NCBI GenBank assembly: GCA_958009085.1
Contig: OY253678.1
Span: 868,001-932,000, forward strand
Direction: 5' to 3'
Length of the DNA: 64,000 bases
Source: Protoeuglena noctilucae
Lineage: Eukaryota
Shown here: piece after piece, positions 13,001 through 24,913 of the stretch
Position numbering within the stretch: the stretch's first letter is position 1
Layout of the letters: each line of letters begins with the position of its first letter
Translations under genes and position numbers: made by a program
Notes under the pieces: generated by a model
What the model saw: the letters and a program-made list of their open reading frames with translations, nothing else
Told to the model about the DNA's origin: nothing
Databases searched by the model: none

Positions 13001-14498
13001 CGTGAGTGAAGCAAAGTGGACAGGGTAACATATAGTTATACTATATGATATGGTTCAGGTCCTCTCTTGCTACCCTCTTGCTACCCTCTTTGCTGCCCAG
13101 CCTTTCCCCATCCACGCTGCTACTCACTTGCCTGCATTGCAGAACACCGTGTGCGCCCTCACCAACCTGACCTTCTACATGGGACCCGACAACCGCCTCC
13201 TCCACCTCCCGCCCTCCGAGGTGACCGGCACTCAATGTCCATCTCGACATGATCATGATGTTAATATGTTTGACTATGTGTGACGTTTCTGCACCAGCCC
13301 TCCGACACCCACGCTCTCATCTCCGCCCACCCCAGCTGCGACCACCCCTCTCCACCCCCTCCCTCACACCCAACACCCCCAGATCCTCCCCCTCGTCACG
13401 CCCCTCCTCCTCTCCTCCAACGACGAAGCCGTCGTTGAGGCCACGCGCGCCCTCGGCAACCTCTCCCGGCGACCCGAGGCGCGGCGGTGGATGCTCGAGG
13501 CGCGCATCGCCGAGGCCCTCGTCTTGCTGCTCAACCACGCCTCCCGCGCGGTCCTGCGGGCCGTCTGCGGCGTCGTCACCAACCTCGCCGCGGACCCCGC
13601 CCTCCGCCCCGCCCTCGCGGGGTTCGCTGCGCCGTCCCTCGTCGTCGACGTCCTCGACCGCGCCCTCACGCCAGAAACAGCCACGGCGCAGGGTGAGTGC
13701 CGAGGGGAGCAGGGGCGTGCGGGCGGGGCTTCCCTCCAACCGAGGCTGAGATGGCTTACATTTCCATGCCTCTGTGTATCTGCCTTGATCATCACTCACC
13801 GATACCTGCTTACGTCCTCACCCTGTCGCCCATCGCCGACCACCTCACGCCCCCCATCCCCGGCCCATCACCAGTCGCTGACCACCTCACACCCCCGCCC
13901 TCTCACCCCCCGCAGCGCCCGTCGCGGGCTCAGAGGACGGCGCTGCTCCCGAGGTCCCGGCCCCGGACCTGCCCCTGGCGGTGGTGGCGATGAAGGCGCT
14001 GGTGAATCTGCTGGCGCACGCGGGGGAGGACGAGGCGGCGCTGACGAGGGTGGAAATGGAGACGGCCGAGGAGCAGGCGGCTGTAGTTAGGTGAGAGGCA
14101 GTGGTGCATGGGGACTGCATGGGAGCAGGCCGCGGCGGTCATGTTAGGGGCGAATGGGCGGCGCTGTGCGACGGATCCACTGTTGGCGCCCTGAGTGTCG
14201 TGGGCAGGCATCGAGGGCCATGCCATGGTCGCGTGCCTGCAGGGAGCTGGCCTTGCGGGAGAGCACCGCTGGCGCCGCGCAGGACACAGTGCTGCTGTGT
14301 GACAGACTCTGCGACCTGCTGGCCGGGGCGCCAGTGAGGGAGGAGGATGACGGTGCGGGGGGCGCAGGGTCCGAGAGTGAGGACGCGGACGAAGGTGGCA
14401 TTGAGCCGTGGACGTCGCCGGAGGGGTCGCCCGGCGCGGCGCCGGCTGGTCGGTATTACGGGGACCTCGAGCCGCTGCCTGCAGAGGGGCGAACGTGA
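10064..14498 (+). CDS. ARMC2: Armadillo repeat-containing protein, ARMC2-like
   Basis: N-terminal motif LQEAKASLREPSRPFTPADTGRRLF. ARM-like helices include CRVLFRLSKD, YAVGALKNVS, NAARVLSKLS, VRLVFALANVT, RLIANMAIH and EATRALGNLSR. C-terminus DLEPLP. Start inferred from a short MSRPRE|GT exon. Confidence 0.8.
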
Positions 14499-14666
14499 CG
14501 CAAGAGCGGGTTTTGCCCTCTTGCAGGCGCATCTACAGATGCGGGCGTCGTTGGTTCAGCATGTTGTGATTTGTGTTGTTGTGTTGAGTGTATGCAATCT
14601 TTGGCGCTGCGGTTGGGTGCTCTGCTCTGAAGATTGGCGATTTCGGTGGCCGTGGCGGCGGGCAGG

Positions 14667-16777
14667 ATGGCGTGCGCCTCGCGAGCGCTTTTTGGGGCGG
14701 ACGCGACGTCGTCCTCGTCGATGCGAATGACCCCGTCGTTGCGGCGGAGCGTCTGGCGGTGCGGCGTCCTCCCAGCTGCGAAGCGGAGGTGCACCGCATT
14801 CGTGCGGCCGTGCCCGACGCCTCCGAGGGCTCAAGCCCCCGGTAGCGCTTCCGTCGGCTTATCTTCGGCCTCTGGGGAGAAGAGACCAGCTGCGGAGGCC
14901 GTCCGTGCTTTCTACGAGCGCGTGAACCGGGTGGGTGTCTCCTGGCTCGGATTTCGCCCGTCCTTTCTCGCCTCGCGCCTCAGCGCCTCGCGCTTGCACT
15001 GCACCTAAAGCTTTTGCGCCTTTATCACTTTAGCATGGCTAACCCATCCTCACCTGCAGGGCGATGCGGAGGGTGCATTGGCCCTCGTGAGCCCCGACAT
15101 CGTTTATGAGGACATGGTGTACGAATCGCCAGTGGTGGGCGCAGAGGCGCTGCGCAAGTTCCTGGGCAAGTTCAACACCGCGATGTCCGGCGGCTTGGCC
15201 TTTGTGATCGACGACATTTCCGAGGAGGATACGACCGCGGCCGGGCTCATCTGGGTGCGGCAGCATGCGCTCGGTCGCTTCGGTGTCGCCCAAGACCAAG
15301 CGTCCGCACCGCTCCCCACGCCCTGCACCTCGTTCCCTGCACCTCACTCCCTGCTCTCTCCTCCGTAGCATGTGGAGGTGCGGCCGGAGGGCATCCCCTT
15401 CCCATTCAGCCGGGGATGCTCCTTCGTCCGCGCCGACGACCAGGGGCGGATCTGCTACGTGCGCGACGTGGTGGAGCCGATGATGAAGCCCGGCGAGGCC
15501 ACGACGGGGCTCCTCGGGTTGCTCACGCCCCTGGTACGCAAGGTGAGCCGCATTGCCAGAACCAGCTGCATAACCTTGTTCACTTCTTGGCACTCCTTCA
15601 GTGCACGAATGAGACGCCCACCTCTCGCTCTTAGAGAGCCAGCTGACCTCTGCCGCTCTCACACGTGCTCCCTCACCTCCCAACTCATCTCATCCCCTCT
15701 CACCTCATCCCCTGTCATCCCCTCTCCTCTCAGCTCACCCCATCCCATCTCACCTCACGCCATCCCCTCTCAACTCACCGCATCTCACGTCGCCCTCAGT
15801 TCCCAGCGGCGTCCGACCCAGGCGTCCTCCTGGCTCCGCTCCCCTACTGGGCCGTCTACGCCGCTTACTGGTGGTACGTCATGCTGGACCCCGCCGCCCC
15901 CGGCAACCCCGTCTACGCTACCACCCCAGAGACCCTGGCCTCCGTGCTGCACCAGTCCGCCAACTTCGGGTTCGTCAACGTGGCACTCAACGCAGCGGGG
16001 TTGCACGCGGTGCCAGATATCGCGGAGAATCCCGTCAGCGAGGCGCTGTTCAATTTCGCGGCCGCGTGGGGGCTGGCGTTCCTCCCACTCATGCTGACCG
16101 ACCGCCGCTGCCCGCGCCACGTCCCCACGGGGCCTCTCTGGCTGGGGTCCTGGCTCCTCACCAACCTCTTCCTCACGCCGTGGATGGCGCGGCGCGTCGA
16201 GCGGGGTGAGCCGCGAGGCGACGATGGCAGGGAAGGAGGGGTGGCGCGTGCCCTATCCACCCCCTTGGCTGCTCGCGGCATCGGCGCCGTTTGTGCAGCC
16301 ATGGGGCTGGTGGCCGTCGCTTGGCTCTTCGTGGGCCGTGACGGCCTCGGGTTCGCGGACGCGGGGCTGCCGAGGGTAGCGGAGCTGGCGCGACTGGTCA
16401 CCACCTCTCGCGTCGACTACGGTGAGGGGCCATGGGTGCTTACGTGCCTGGTTGTAAGTGGTCGTGTCACGACCCCACGGGTTGGTGAGGGCCATGCGTG
16501 CTTGTGTGTGCGTGGTCACCACTGGTCACGACCTCTTGGGTTGCCCTGTCGCCTCGACAGCCTCTTGGCACACGACGTGTGACACTGGTGGGTAGTTAAC
16601 CCACTCATCCCCTGCGGTCTTACCCCCGCAGCCTTTGTGGCGGATATCGTGCTCTACTCTGCGTGGCAGTACGTGCTGATGGAGGAGGCACCGGGGCCGC
16701 TGAGACGGCTGCCCTTTGCGGGGCTCTGCGTGTGGCTCGTGCAGGGGATGCCTGGGAGACTGTCGGAGCGCTCGTGA
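14667..16777 (+). CDS. Putative plastid-targeted NTF2/SnoaL-like domain protein fused to a multi-pass membrane domain
   Basis: Ser/Arg/Ala-rich N-terminus. NTF2-like core AVRAFYERVNR|GDAEGALALVSPDIVYEDMVYESPVVG...IPFPFSRGCSF...ICYVRDVVEP. Hydrophobic C-terminal exons end ...RLPFAGLCVWLVQG...RS*. Confidence 0.75.
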
Positions 16778-17263
16778 AGACAAGACACAGGCTCAGGCTC
16801 ATGCTGAGGGTGCATGGGTGGATGTCTGAACTCTGATGGAGACAGGCACAGAGCTGGGATGGCATGGGGCATGGAACAGGCTAGACTGTCGACTGTTGAA
16901 GGACTCTACCTCCGTTTGGTGCATCAGAGGACAGTAAGGAGGGATTCCCTTGCTACTTGCAAAGGCAGTCGCATGTGGCTGCTCATTTCAAATCCAACAT
17001 GCATGCTTCGCAACAACACCGACAAGCCGTCGCCCGTCCCCTTCACCCCGATACTGCACTCTTGCTTCCACCCGCCCCCTCCGCTGCGCCCTTAGCAACC
17101 AAGCTGTCTGCTGCGCTGGTGCACGTCAGGCCACACCTGAATAGGCACACGGCCGGGATCGAGGATGTCTCAGCCCAGTGAAGCACGGACCGCGTGATGT
17201 GCCAGAAAGCTTGCCCACCTCGAGGCTCACCTCCAGGCGTGCGTCTCCGCAGAACACCACCGC

Positions 17264-18392
17264 TCAGCAGCCAAGCCGCGACCCCATCCCACACCCCGAC
17301 ACTGTGCACTCGCTGTGCGTAAGGGTGCTGTCGTGGATGCTGCAAAGGCCGTAGTGCTTGCAGTTAGTGATCTCCACGCCAACCACCTCCGCATGACCGC
17401 CATCTAGACAGAGCACCCCGTGCAACTCCTTGGACCCCGTGATGCGGCCCCCATGCATGACGACCCTGCTGCCCTCGCAGCTACAAAGCACACCACAACG
17501 CCTGCAATCAGAGATCTCCACATCCTGGACCTCCGCCTGACCACCCCGTTGGCAGGACACCCCGTGACGATCCTTACACCCCGTGATGCGCCCCCCATGC
17601 ACCACCACCCTGCTACCCACACCATCGCAAAGTACTCCGCACTTCTTGCAGTCGTCAATCTCCACGCCCATCACTTCTGCCTGACCGCCCTCTTGGCAGG
17701 ATACCCCGTGCAGCTCCTTGGACCCTGTGATGCGCCCTCCCTGCACCACCACCTTGCTCCTGCAACCCGCACAGCACACCCCTGTCACAGGCGCATCCGC
17801 CACGTGCGTGTCCACCAGCGTTGCTTCCCCACCCCTCTCGCACCTCACCCCCGTCCCCACCATCCGTACCCCTTCCAGCCGCAGCTTCCCACCACTCCTG
17901 ACCCTCAATGCGTACCCCTCGCCCAACGGGGCGTCCGACACCCGCAGCGTCCCGTTGCGGATCGTAACCGCCACGCCAGCCCCCGCCACCACCACCTCGC
18001 ATTCAAGCTCCACCTCCCTGCCCCCCAGGTCCACCACCCCGCCCCTCCTCGCCACCTCCGCCACCTCCTCCCCCGTCGTCGCAATCACCACCTCTGCCGC
18101 CGCCGCATCTGCCCCGCCCCCCCGCTGTCCCGCCCTGCCCCCAGCCCGCTGCGCCCGCCTCCGCCTCCACGTCCGCCCACGCCAGCCCTGCCCCCCGCAT
18201 CTCCGGCAACCCCACCACCGCCTCCCACGCCGCCCGCCTCCGCAGCTCGCTCGGCTGCCCCAGCATGTACAGCAGCGCGACCCACTCCTCGTCCGTCCGC
18301 TCCGCACCCCGGCTCGCAGTCTCCGCCCCGCCCTCGCCCGCCCCCGCCTGCTGCGGCCCGGCCCCGCCTCCCACCCCTCGCCCCCTCTCCAT
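17264..18392 (-). CDS. Intronless right-handed beta-helix (pectin-lyase-like) repeat protein, short copy; +1 frameshift near 18120 (pseudogene or homopolymer error)
   Basis: 48-aa units of the form GVxCxxGGxAEVxxVEIxDCxxxGVLCxxxGSRVVVxGGRITGxKxxH. The N-terminus (MERG...EEWVALLYMLGQP) is in a different frame from the repeats. A C7 run at 18117-18123 corresponds to 6 nt (ctcccc) in the paralog. Confidence 0.75.
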
Positions 18393-19160
18393 GCTCCCGC
18401 CCCGACCCCTGCGCACAGCCACACCGCCGCAGCATCAGCACCGGACCTCCGCACCCGCTACGGTCGTCGCCCCAGTCAGGGCCCAAGACGCACAGCTGCA
18501 CAGCCGCCCACGCAGAACTGCCCATCTCCACCACCCGCCCCCTGCGCATCCGCCGCCCCCGCCGCCCCCTCGCCTGCGCCCTCTCATGACGTCTGGACGT
18601 CTGCGCACCCTCCGCCGACCTCGCACGCCGCGATCGGCTGCGGGGGCCCCGAAAGCACAGACGGTCATTGCAGCGCCGCTCGCACTCGCATGCGCTCGCC
18701 GGGGCATGCGTCTCGCTGCCGCAATCATCGCTCGGATGGCCACCGACATCGCTGCGACTCCTCGCGCGACGATGCGAGGCCTCGGGGGTCCCCACAGATC
18801 CCACTGCGCTCTCTCTGAAGTTGCTGCGAAAACGGAGGCCCGCCACGCGGCGCGCCGTCTCGCTATGCCCTGCAGCCTCACCACTCACCGATCAGAGCCA
18901 CATCAAAGCAATTAAGACGACTCCAGACGGCCAAATCGCGCAGCTGCACCTGAGGGTGCAAGCCCGTTGCTGCCTGCCAACAAGACGTCCGCGGAGACGG
19001 ACAGCATTCAATGGCCAGGCGATAAGTGGACCGAGCTGGCTCGTGCGGACACCGGAGGGGCCTCGCGCAGAGAGGCCCGAAACCCCGTCTAGGTTATGCC
19101 TGGACACACCGCTGTGCCAGCCCCTGCGGCCGCTGGTCCGCGTTGAGGTGTCGCAGGGAT
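17940..19160. repeat. Direct segmental duplication, copy A (partner ~48010-49262, offset ~30,070 bp)
   Basis: 18381-19021 reads identically to 48451-49091, and similarity decays on both sides. Confidence 0.92.
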
Positions 19161-20934
19161 GCAGCGGAGGTCGGGTACAAGGCTGTGGCTCGGGGAGGAG
19201 GCGCTGGAGATCGGGCATGACCGAGCACAGAGCGGTGGGAGGTGGGTCCTTGGGGTGCGGGTACGGGTGCAGGCGAGGCGGTGCGGGTGATGTGGGCGCG
19301 GATGGGGACAAGGCGTTGGCACTGCTCGCTTGCTGTCCCATCTTGTCTTGTAAAACCAGCTGTCAGTGCAGGCTGCACGGGCCACGGTCGTGACTTCAGC
19401 CCCAGAACAGCATGGCTAAGACGACTGCCCTGGTGGGCTGGAGTGTATGTTAGGCGACTGGGCATTCAGGGAGGGTTCTGTTCTGTGGGGACATGGGGCG
19501 GGAAGCATGGGGGTGATGCGCTGAAGCTCAAGCCGGTGAGCGGTCCATCGCAACCCAGCCTCGTCTTGCGACTTGAACATGGGCACATGCTCTGAGAGAT
19601 AAGCTCCGATGATAGCTTGGGAAGACTGAAAGCTCTGCAGCCTGGGGACCTGCCAAAGGGGCCAATGTGGCCGGGGGTGAGTCTAGCGCCCTACACAACG
19701 CAGGAGGGTGCGCGTGCGTCGGTATGCTAGAGCTGCTCGTGCTGGTGCGCGGGACTGGCCATGTGGTCCGCTATTTGGCTCTTGTACCACTGCCTGCAAG
19801 GGTGGCAAGGGTGGCAAGGTCGTGTTAGGTCAGACAAGAACCGCAGAGCGCCCACGGCCAGGACGCGTGCGCCGAGCCAGCGACTCACGTGTGTGCGTGA
19901 GAAGTCTCTGAGAGTGTCATCTGGGCCAGCCGCTTGAACGCGATGGCGCGCTCCTCCTTTGTTTTGGCGAGGTGCGCCGCTAATGGCGCCGAGGAGTACA
20001 CCTGGGACGCGGGAGGTGGGCCAGGTTCTTTGGGTCGGCATTGAAAGGCGCAGGTCCACGGCGAAGCGCGTCTCGCGAGCCAGCCTCCGCCTGCGCCTTG
20101 CTGGCATGGCATGCATGCCCACCTGCTGCGCCCTCGAACCGGAGTAGGTCTCGAGCATCCAGACCGCGGGGCGGTCAGAAGGAGGGCGACTGACGACGAT
20201 GGTGAGGCGCGGGTTGACGGTGGAGGCCCCAGGACCGGAGGACCTCCCGCTTGAGCTGGCAGGAACTCCCCTCCCTCCGCGCACCGTCTCAGGGGCGGGC
20301 GCGGTGATGTTCGATGCGTTCTGCCATAAACGACGGAGGAGCGTCGATTGCGCCTCGTTATATCGGCTATATCGGGCCCAGCTGCTGCAGGGATGCCACG
20401 CGGCACCGCGGCCTCGTGATTCGATGAGCGGGCTCTCACCGCATGCTCGGCAGAAGCACGTATGAGAGGAGGCACGCCTCCGCGGAGAAGCATGCCGACG
20501 GCGTACATCGCTACCGACCCGACGGATTGCCTGGGGTGCGTCACTGGCTCCCTCGAAGGCGTATACGCGAGATATGCTTATCGGAATGCGTATGCGACGC
20601 GTGGACGAGCGAAGGTCCCGACGATTTGTGCAGAAAAGCCGGATTCAGAAAAGCAGCGCGACAGCTCGGCTTAGACGGGGACGGTTAGGGCGCGGGTGGT
20701 TGCTATGATGTCGCTGACGCGTGGCTGAGGTACTTATGGGCTGTGGCCACCCAGCTGACGTCAGACCCGCGGCCCTGAGTCGGGAATGTGTGCCAGTCAC
20801 ACGTCGAGTCGACCCTTTCGAATGCATGCACCTCGCAGGTCAAAAGAAGCTTGCTGTGCCGGCGTCGGGCCAGCAAAGCGTCGACAGGCACCCATGAGCA
20901 ACAAGATTCTGCGGTGAGAGTCGGCAGCGATGCG

Positions 20935-23001
20935 ATGCGGTGGGCGTCTTGCCCCGCAGGTTCTTTCTTGCGCCAGGAGCTGCCTCGTCGTGAGCTTTCT
21001 GGGGTCTCGACGTCCACCAGGTGCTACGCACGCAGGGTCCTTGCTACGCCCGTCTTCCGCCGACATTGGGTGTTTCACACGCTGCGAGACGCACAACAAC
21101 AGGTGCGAGGGAAGGATCGGAGTGCGTCCCAGGGCAGGGGCGCCGTAAGGAGACTCGAGCGCGCCACGGCTGCCACGTCACGACACGACCTGCGATGTCG
21201 ACCGCTCCCCGCGCGAGACGCCTAGATGCACCCGCTCGCAGGTGGAGAATGGCCTCCATCTCCGGGCAGAGGGCGCGGGCCCGCGATCCAACAGCCTGGC
21301 CGATCGCTGGGCGCTGGCGAAGCGGCAGATGGGCAGCTGGTGGTCGGGGACGGTGCAGGCGCGCATCAAGGAGCTGAGGGACGCACGGGAGGGTTCCCTG
21401 AAGAATCACGTGTTCCGCGTCATCCAGGCTGTGCTGTCCAGGGAGCACCCCGCCGAGAGTTTCCTCAAGAGCGTCCCCACCGAAGGCCCGGTGAGACCGG
21501 AGGGAGGAGGAGGGGGCTGGCACGGAGAAAGGTACCTGCGTCAGGCGTCCGAATCTTTCTTATTCGCTTCCGCCCTCGCATGCAGGTGTCTCTGGTCGTC
21601 CACTACCCCGCGGGCACCGCCGAGCGTCTCGTGCGCCGCCGCATGCGACTCCTGGCGCGTCGGGGGCGGTACCACTCTCGCATGCGGGCGCTCTTCGCCA
21701 TGGGCACTCTCCTCGTCAGGTGCAGCCGGGCACCGCGCCTGCCCAGCGCCACGCTTATGCCGTGCACGCCCCCTCCGCCATGCCCCACACCCTTGCCAAG
21801 GGATACTCTTGCCTCCCCTCCACCGCAGCCCCCTTCTTCTCCTGCCGATCCCCCTCTCCAACTTCCCCGTCTTCTTCTTCGTCTACCGCCTCCAATCCCA
21901 CCACCAGGCGCTGGCCGGGGCCAGGCAACTGCAGGCCGCGTTTGCTGCCTATGACGCTGCTGAGGGGAGGGACATGAGGGACCGGGCGCTGTTCGGGGAA
22001 GAGGCGGGCCGGGACGGAGGGGCAACGACGCGCGGAGCGGACGGGCCGGCGGGACCCAGCGGGAGTGTGTCAAATGCAGGTGTGTCAGGCGATGGTGTGT
22101 CCGGTGCGGGGGTGCCGTGGGCGGGGCCGCCGGTCCCTGGTGCGGTGTTCTACGAGGCGGTGCACCGGAACGCGGTGTTTCAAAACGCAATGGGAGCGAG
22201 TCGGGCTGAGGTGCCGGGTGGAGGGGAGGGGGTTGGTTCTGGGGCCGGCCCTCGGGAGGAATCTGCGGGGGGCGGTTCAGCATGGGCCGCAGCGACGGCG
22301 GGGCTGGGGCGCGTGGCGGGGATGGCGGCGGAGGTGTCCGGAGTGGGCCCGCGCCTGAGTCAGGGCGTTGCCTCTGTGGGGGAATACGTGGATGCGGCCT
22401 GGGCCCGGGTACGGGCCGTGGACCACGAGCGGCGGCGGGTGCTGAGGTCCCTGCAGGGGGCGCGGCGGGCGGTGGAGGCGCGCATCGAGGCGCTCATGCA
22501 CCGGGGACGGGGTGATGACGCGGGTGGAGCGGGAGCGGTGAGGGGCGTGAGGCATCGGCGGTGGGTGGGTGGGGTGGCTGGTCTGGGTTGCCGCATGGTT
22601 CCCAAGCGGGTCCGTTCCTTGCACGCAGCACATGGAAGACTCGGACTCTGATCCGAGCCGGGCGTCGGAGTTGTGGGAGGCGCTGGGGCACGCCGGGCAG
22701 CCGGTGCGATCGTGGCGCGACCCGACCATCCCTGTGTTTGTGCCCTCTCCCGAGCTGCGCGACATTCTGGCCACCGAGGAGCTTGGCGAGTTCCCCTTGC
22801 AGGCGAGACGCGAGCCTTTGCGGGGCGCTGGGTTTTGGGCGAGCGTCGCCAGCGACGTCCCGCACGCTCACGGCTCTTCCGCAGGACCAGGCGGCTTTCC
22901 GCATCGGGCGGCTGTTCGAGACGCGGGGTTTCATGGAGCAGGTGTCCAGGGCGCGTCGCAAATACTCGGGGGCCTTTTTCTACAGCAGGATCGGTGTTTG
23001 A
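20935..23001 (+). CDS. Mitochondrial K+/H+ exchange-related (Mit_KHE1-like) protein
   Basis: Spliced MR|VLATPVFRRHWVFH, ESFLKSVP, VHYPAGTAERLVRRRMRLLARRGRYH, SPLLLLPIPLSNFPVFFFVYRLQSHHQALAGARQL and a later FVPSPEL motif, matching my recollection of this family. Confidence 0.7.
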
Positions 23002-23479
23002 CCGATGATGTCACCGTGCCGCTGCTTACGCGGCGCCCGACTGGAACGTCCGCGTCGGCGATTCGGTCACGTGTTGCTTGAACATTTCATCCAACCGCAC
23101 GGTCGCCCGGGCAGACGCAGCGGCTCCGCATGCCAGCGTCCCACACTCGGCGTTCCTGCGCGACGCAGCGAAGGCCTGCGCGACGGGTCTGTCCGCAGAC
23201 ATTGTTTGCATGAAAACACGCGGCCTGTCGGGGGTCGCGAGGGCTGGGGTCCTCCTCCTGGTCGGGTCGGGCCTCGTGTGTGAAGCTGGGAGAGTTCTAG
23301 GGCGCGACCATGGGTGAGAGGCGCCCCTGTGCCTAAGAGAAAGCATGTCAAGCGACAACTAGCTTCGTGCAAACATGGTTGGGACGCCGGGGCCCGCTGG
23401 GCGACGGGCTAACGACCTTGGGGCTCTCACGTGCCACCCCTCGCCACCTTGAGCACTCCACGCGCCCACCCGCAGGGCC

Positions 23480-24440
23480 GGGCCGTCCGTTCGCGGCATG
23501 CCGCAGGGACTCCCGCGCAGGCTTCTCGGTGCCGCGCAGAGCGAAGCGTACTACACCTCCTGCGCACCCGGCCCCGGTCCCGTCGTCGCCATGTCGTCCC
23601 CTGCCAATCCCGGCGGCGTCACGGTCGTCGGCGGGCCGCCCTACGACCCCAGCGCCATAAACTTCGCGAACGGCGTCTCGACGGGCTCGCAGAGGCGCGC
23701 GGTGCATTGCGCCTCGCCACCCTGCCACGCGCATGTCAAGGCGCCCTCACCGCACGCCCTCCTCGCCCACGCAGCCCGGCATCCCTCGCCGGCCCGGCGC
23801 AGGGCCAGTGTTCCGCTGGGTGGAACGCCGCCTGGGTCGCCGCCCGCCTCCCGTTGCCCGGGTTCGACCCTTGGCCCCCGACCCGCACCATCCACCCTTT
23901 GACCATCGCCGACCTACCTCCAAACCCCCAAATCGACTGCGGTCCCAATGTGCTCGTCCCCGCCGTCGCCGGCTGCCTGCGCGGACCCACCCCCGAGTGC
24001 TGTGCGACGCTGCAGGTCCTGTTTAGCGAAGAGACGCGGCTCCCCAGCCGCAACTGCCTCTGTGAGACGCCAGCTGCTATGGTAGCATCGCTATGCTTGC
24101 CTCGGTCGCCCTACATGTGCTGGTCTCGTGTTTTACTTGGTCTCCACGGTCACCACCATGTTATGACCACCATGACCCACCACCGTCTCGCATACCCGCC
24201 GTGTGACGCCATGCGTGTAACCCTAACCCTAACCACTTCCATCGCCGTTCTTGCCATAAGCATAGCATTCCGCCACGCATGGCGCGTAGTTTGCGTCGAC
24301 GCATACTTGGGTTCCTCTGCTTTCCTCAGGTGTCCCTCAGGTGGCCCAGCAGGCGTACCTTCAAGGCGCGTCACAGAACACCAACCTCATTGCCGTGTGG
24401 GAGGCGTGCTATGCCACCTACCAAGTCGACTTCTTCTGGT
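23480..24440 (+). CDS. Hypothetical small Cys/Pro-rich spliced protein (boundaries uncertain)
   Basis: Coding-like segments SEAYYTSCAPG...PYDPSAINFANG and GQCSAGWNAAW...IDCGPN...GCLRGPTPECCATLQ...NCLCE, with plausible splice sites. Confidence 0.4.
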
Positions 24441-24913
24441 GAGCTGAGGGGTGCTGTGCTGATACTGACAATGCTAGTGTTGATTACTGATCTGCTGCGT
24501 ACTGATTGTTGATCACCAATCAGTCGTTTCCTGACAAGCAGTGGCACCAAGTCTAGGTCTACAGCAAGCCCAGGCAATGCCTCTTAGCACGTACTCGCTC
24601 GCAGGTTTACGCAACAAGGCGGCATGTGCCCTCTCTGACCCGACGCCCCAGCGCCACCCAGCGATTCCCAGTAGGGTAGCTAACGAGGAAACAACCAACC
24701 ATTGCGCTTCTTACATCATTTCAAACCTCGCCCGTGCGATGGCAACCAGAGACATCCCCGACGAGTATGCGAGTACTGTACGGACCTCGCCATGTCGACA
24801 ATGGCTTCAATAAGTGGCGTTCATCCATCGACCCACAGCCCTGCTCAGCAGTGAACCTGTCATCTATCGCTTTCAGCGCACCTCTCCCGCCAAAGAGATC
24901 GTCCCACGTCGCA

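Noticed and set aside
18435..18884. 149-aa ORF identical in both duplicated blocks, read as a separate gene
   Set aside because: The identity simply reflects the duplicated DNA, and it is low-complexity with no motif. An upstream exon or uORF role cannot be excluded.
24218..24234. (CCCTAA)-type telomere-like repeat
   Set aside because: Under three units, and the genome is full of similar hexamer microsatellites.
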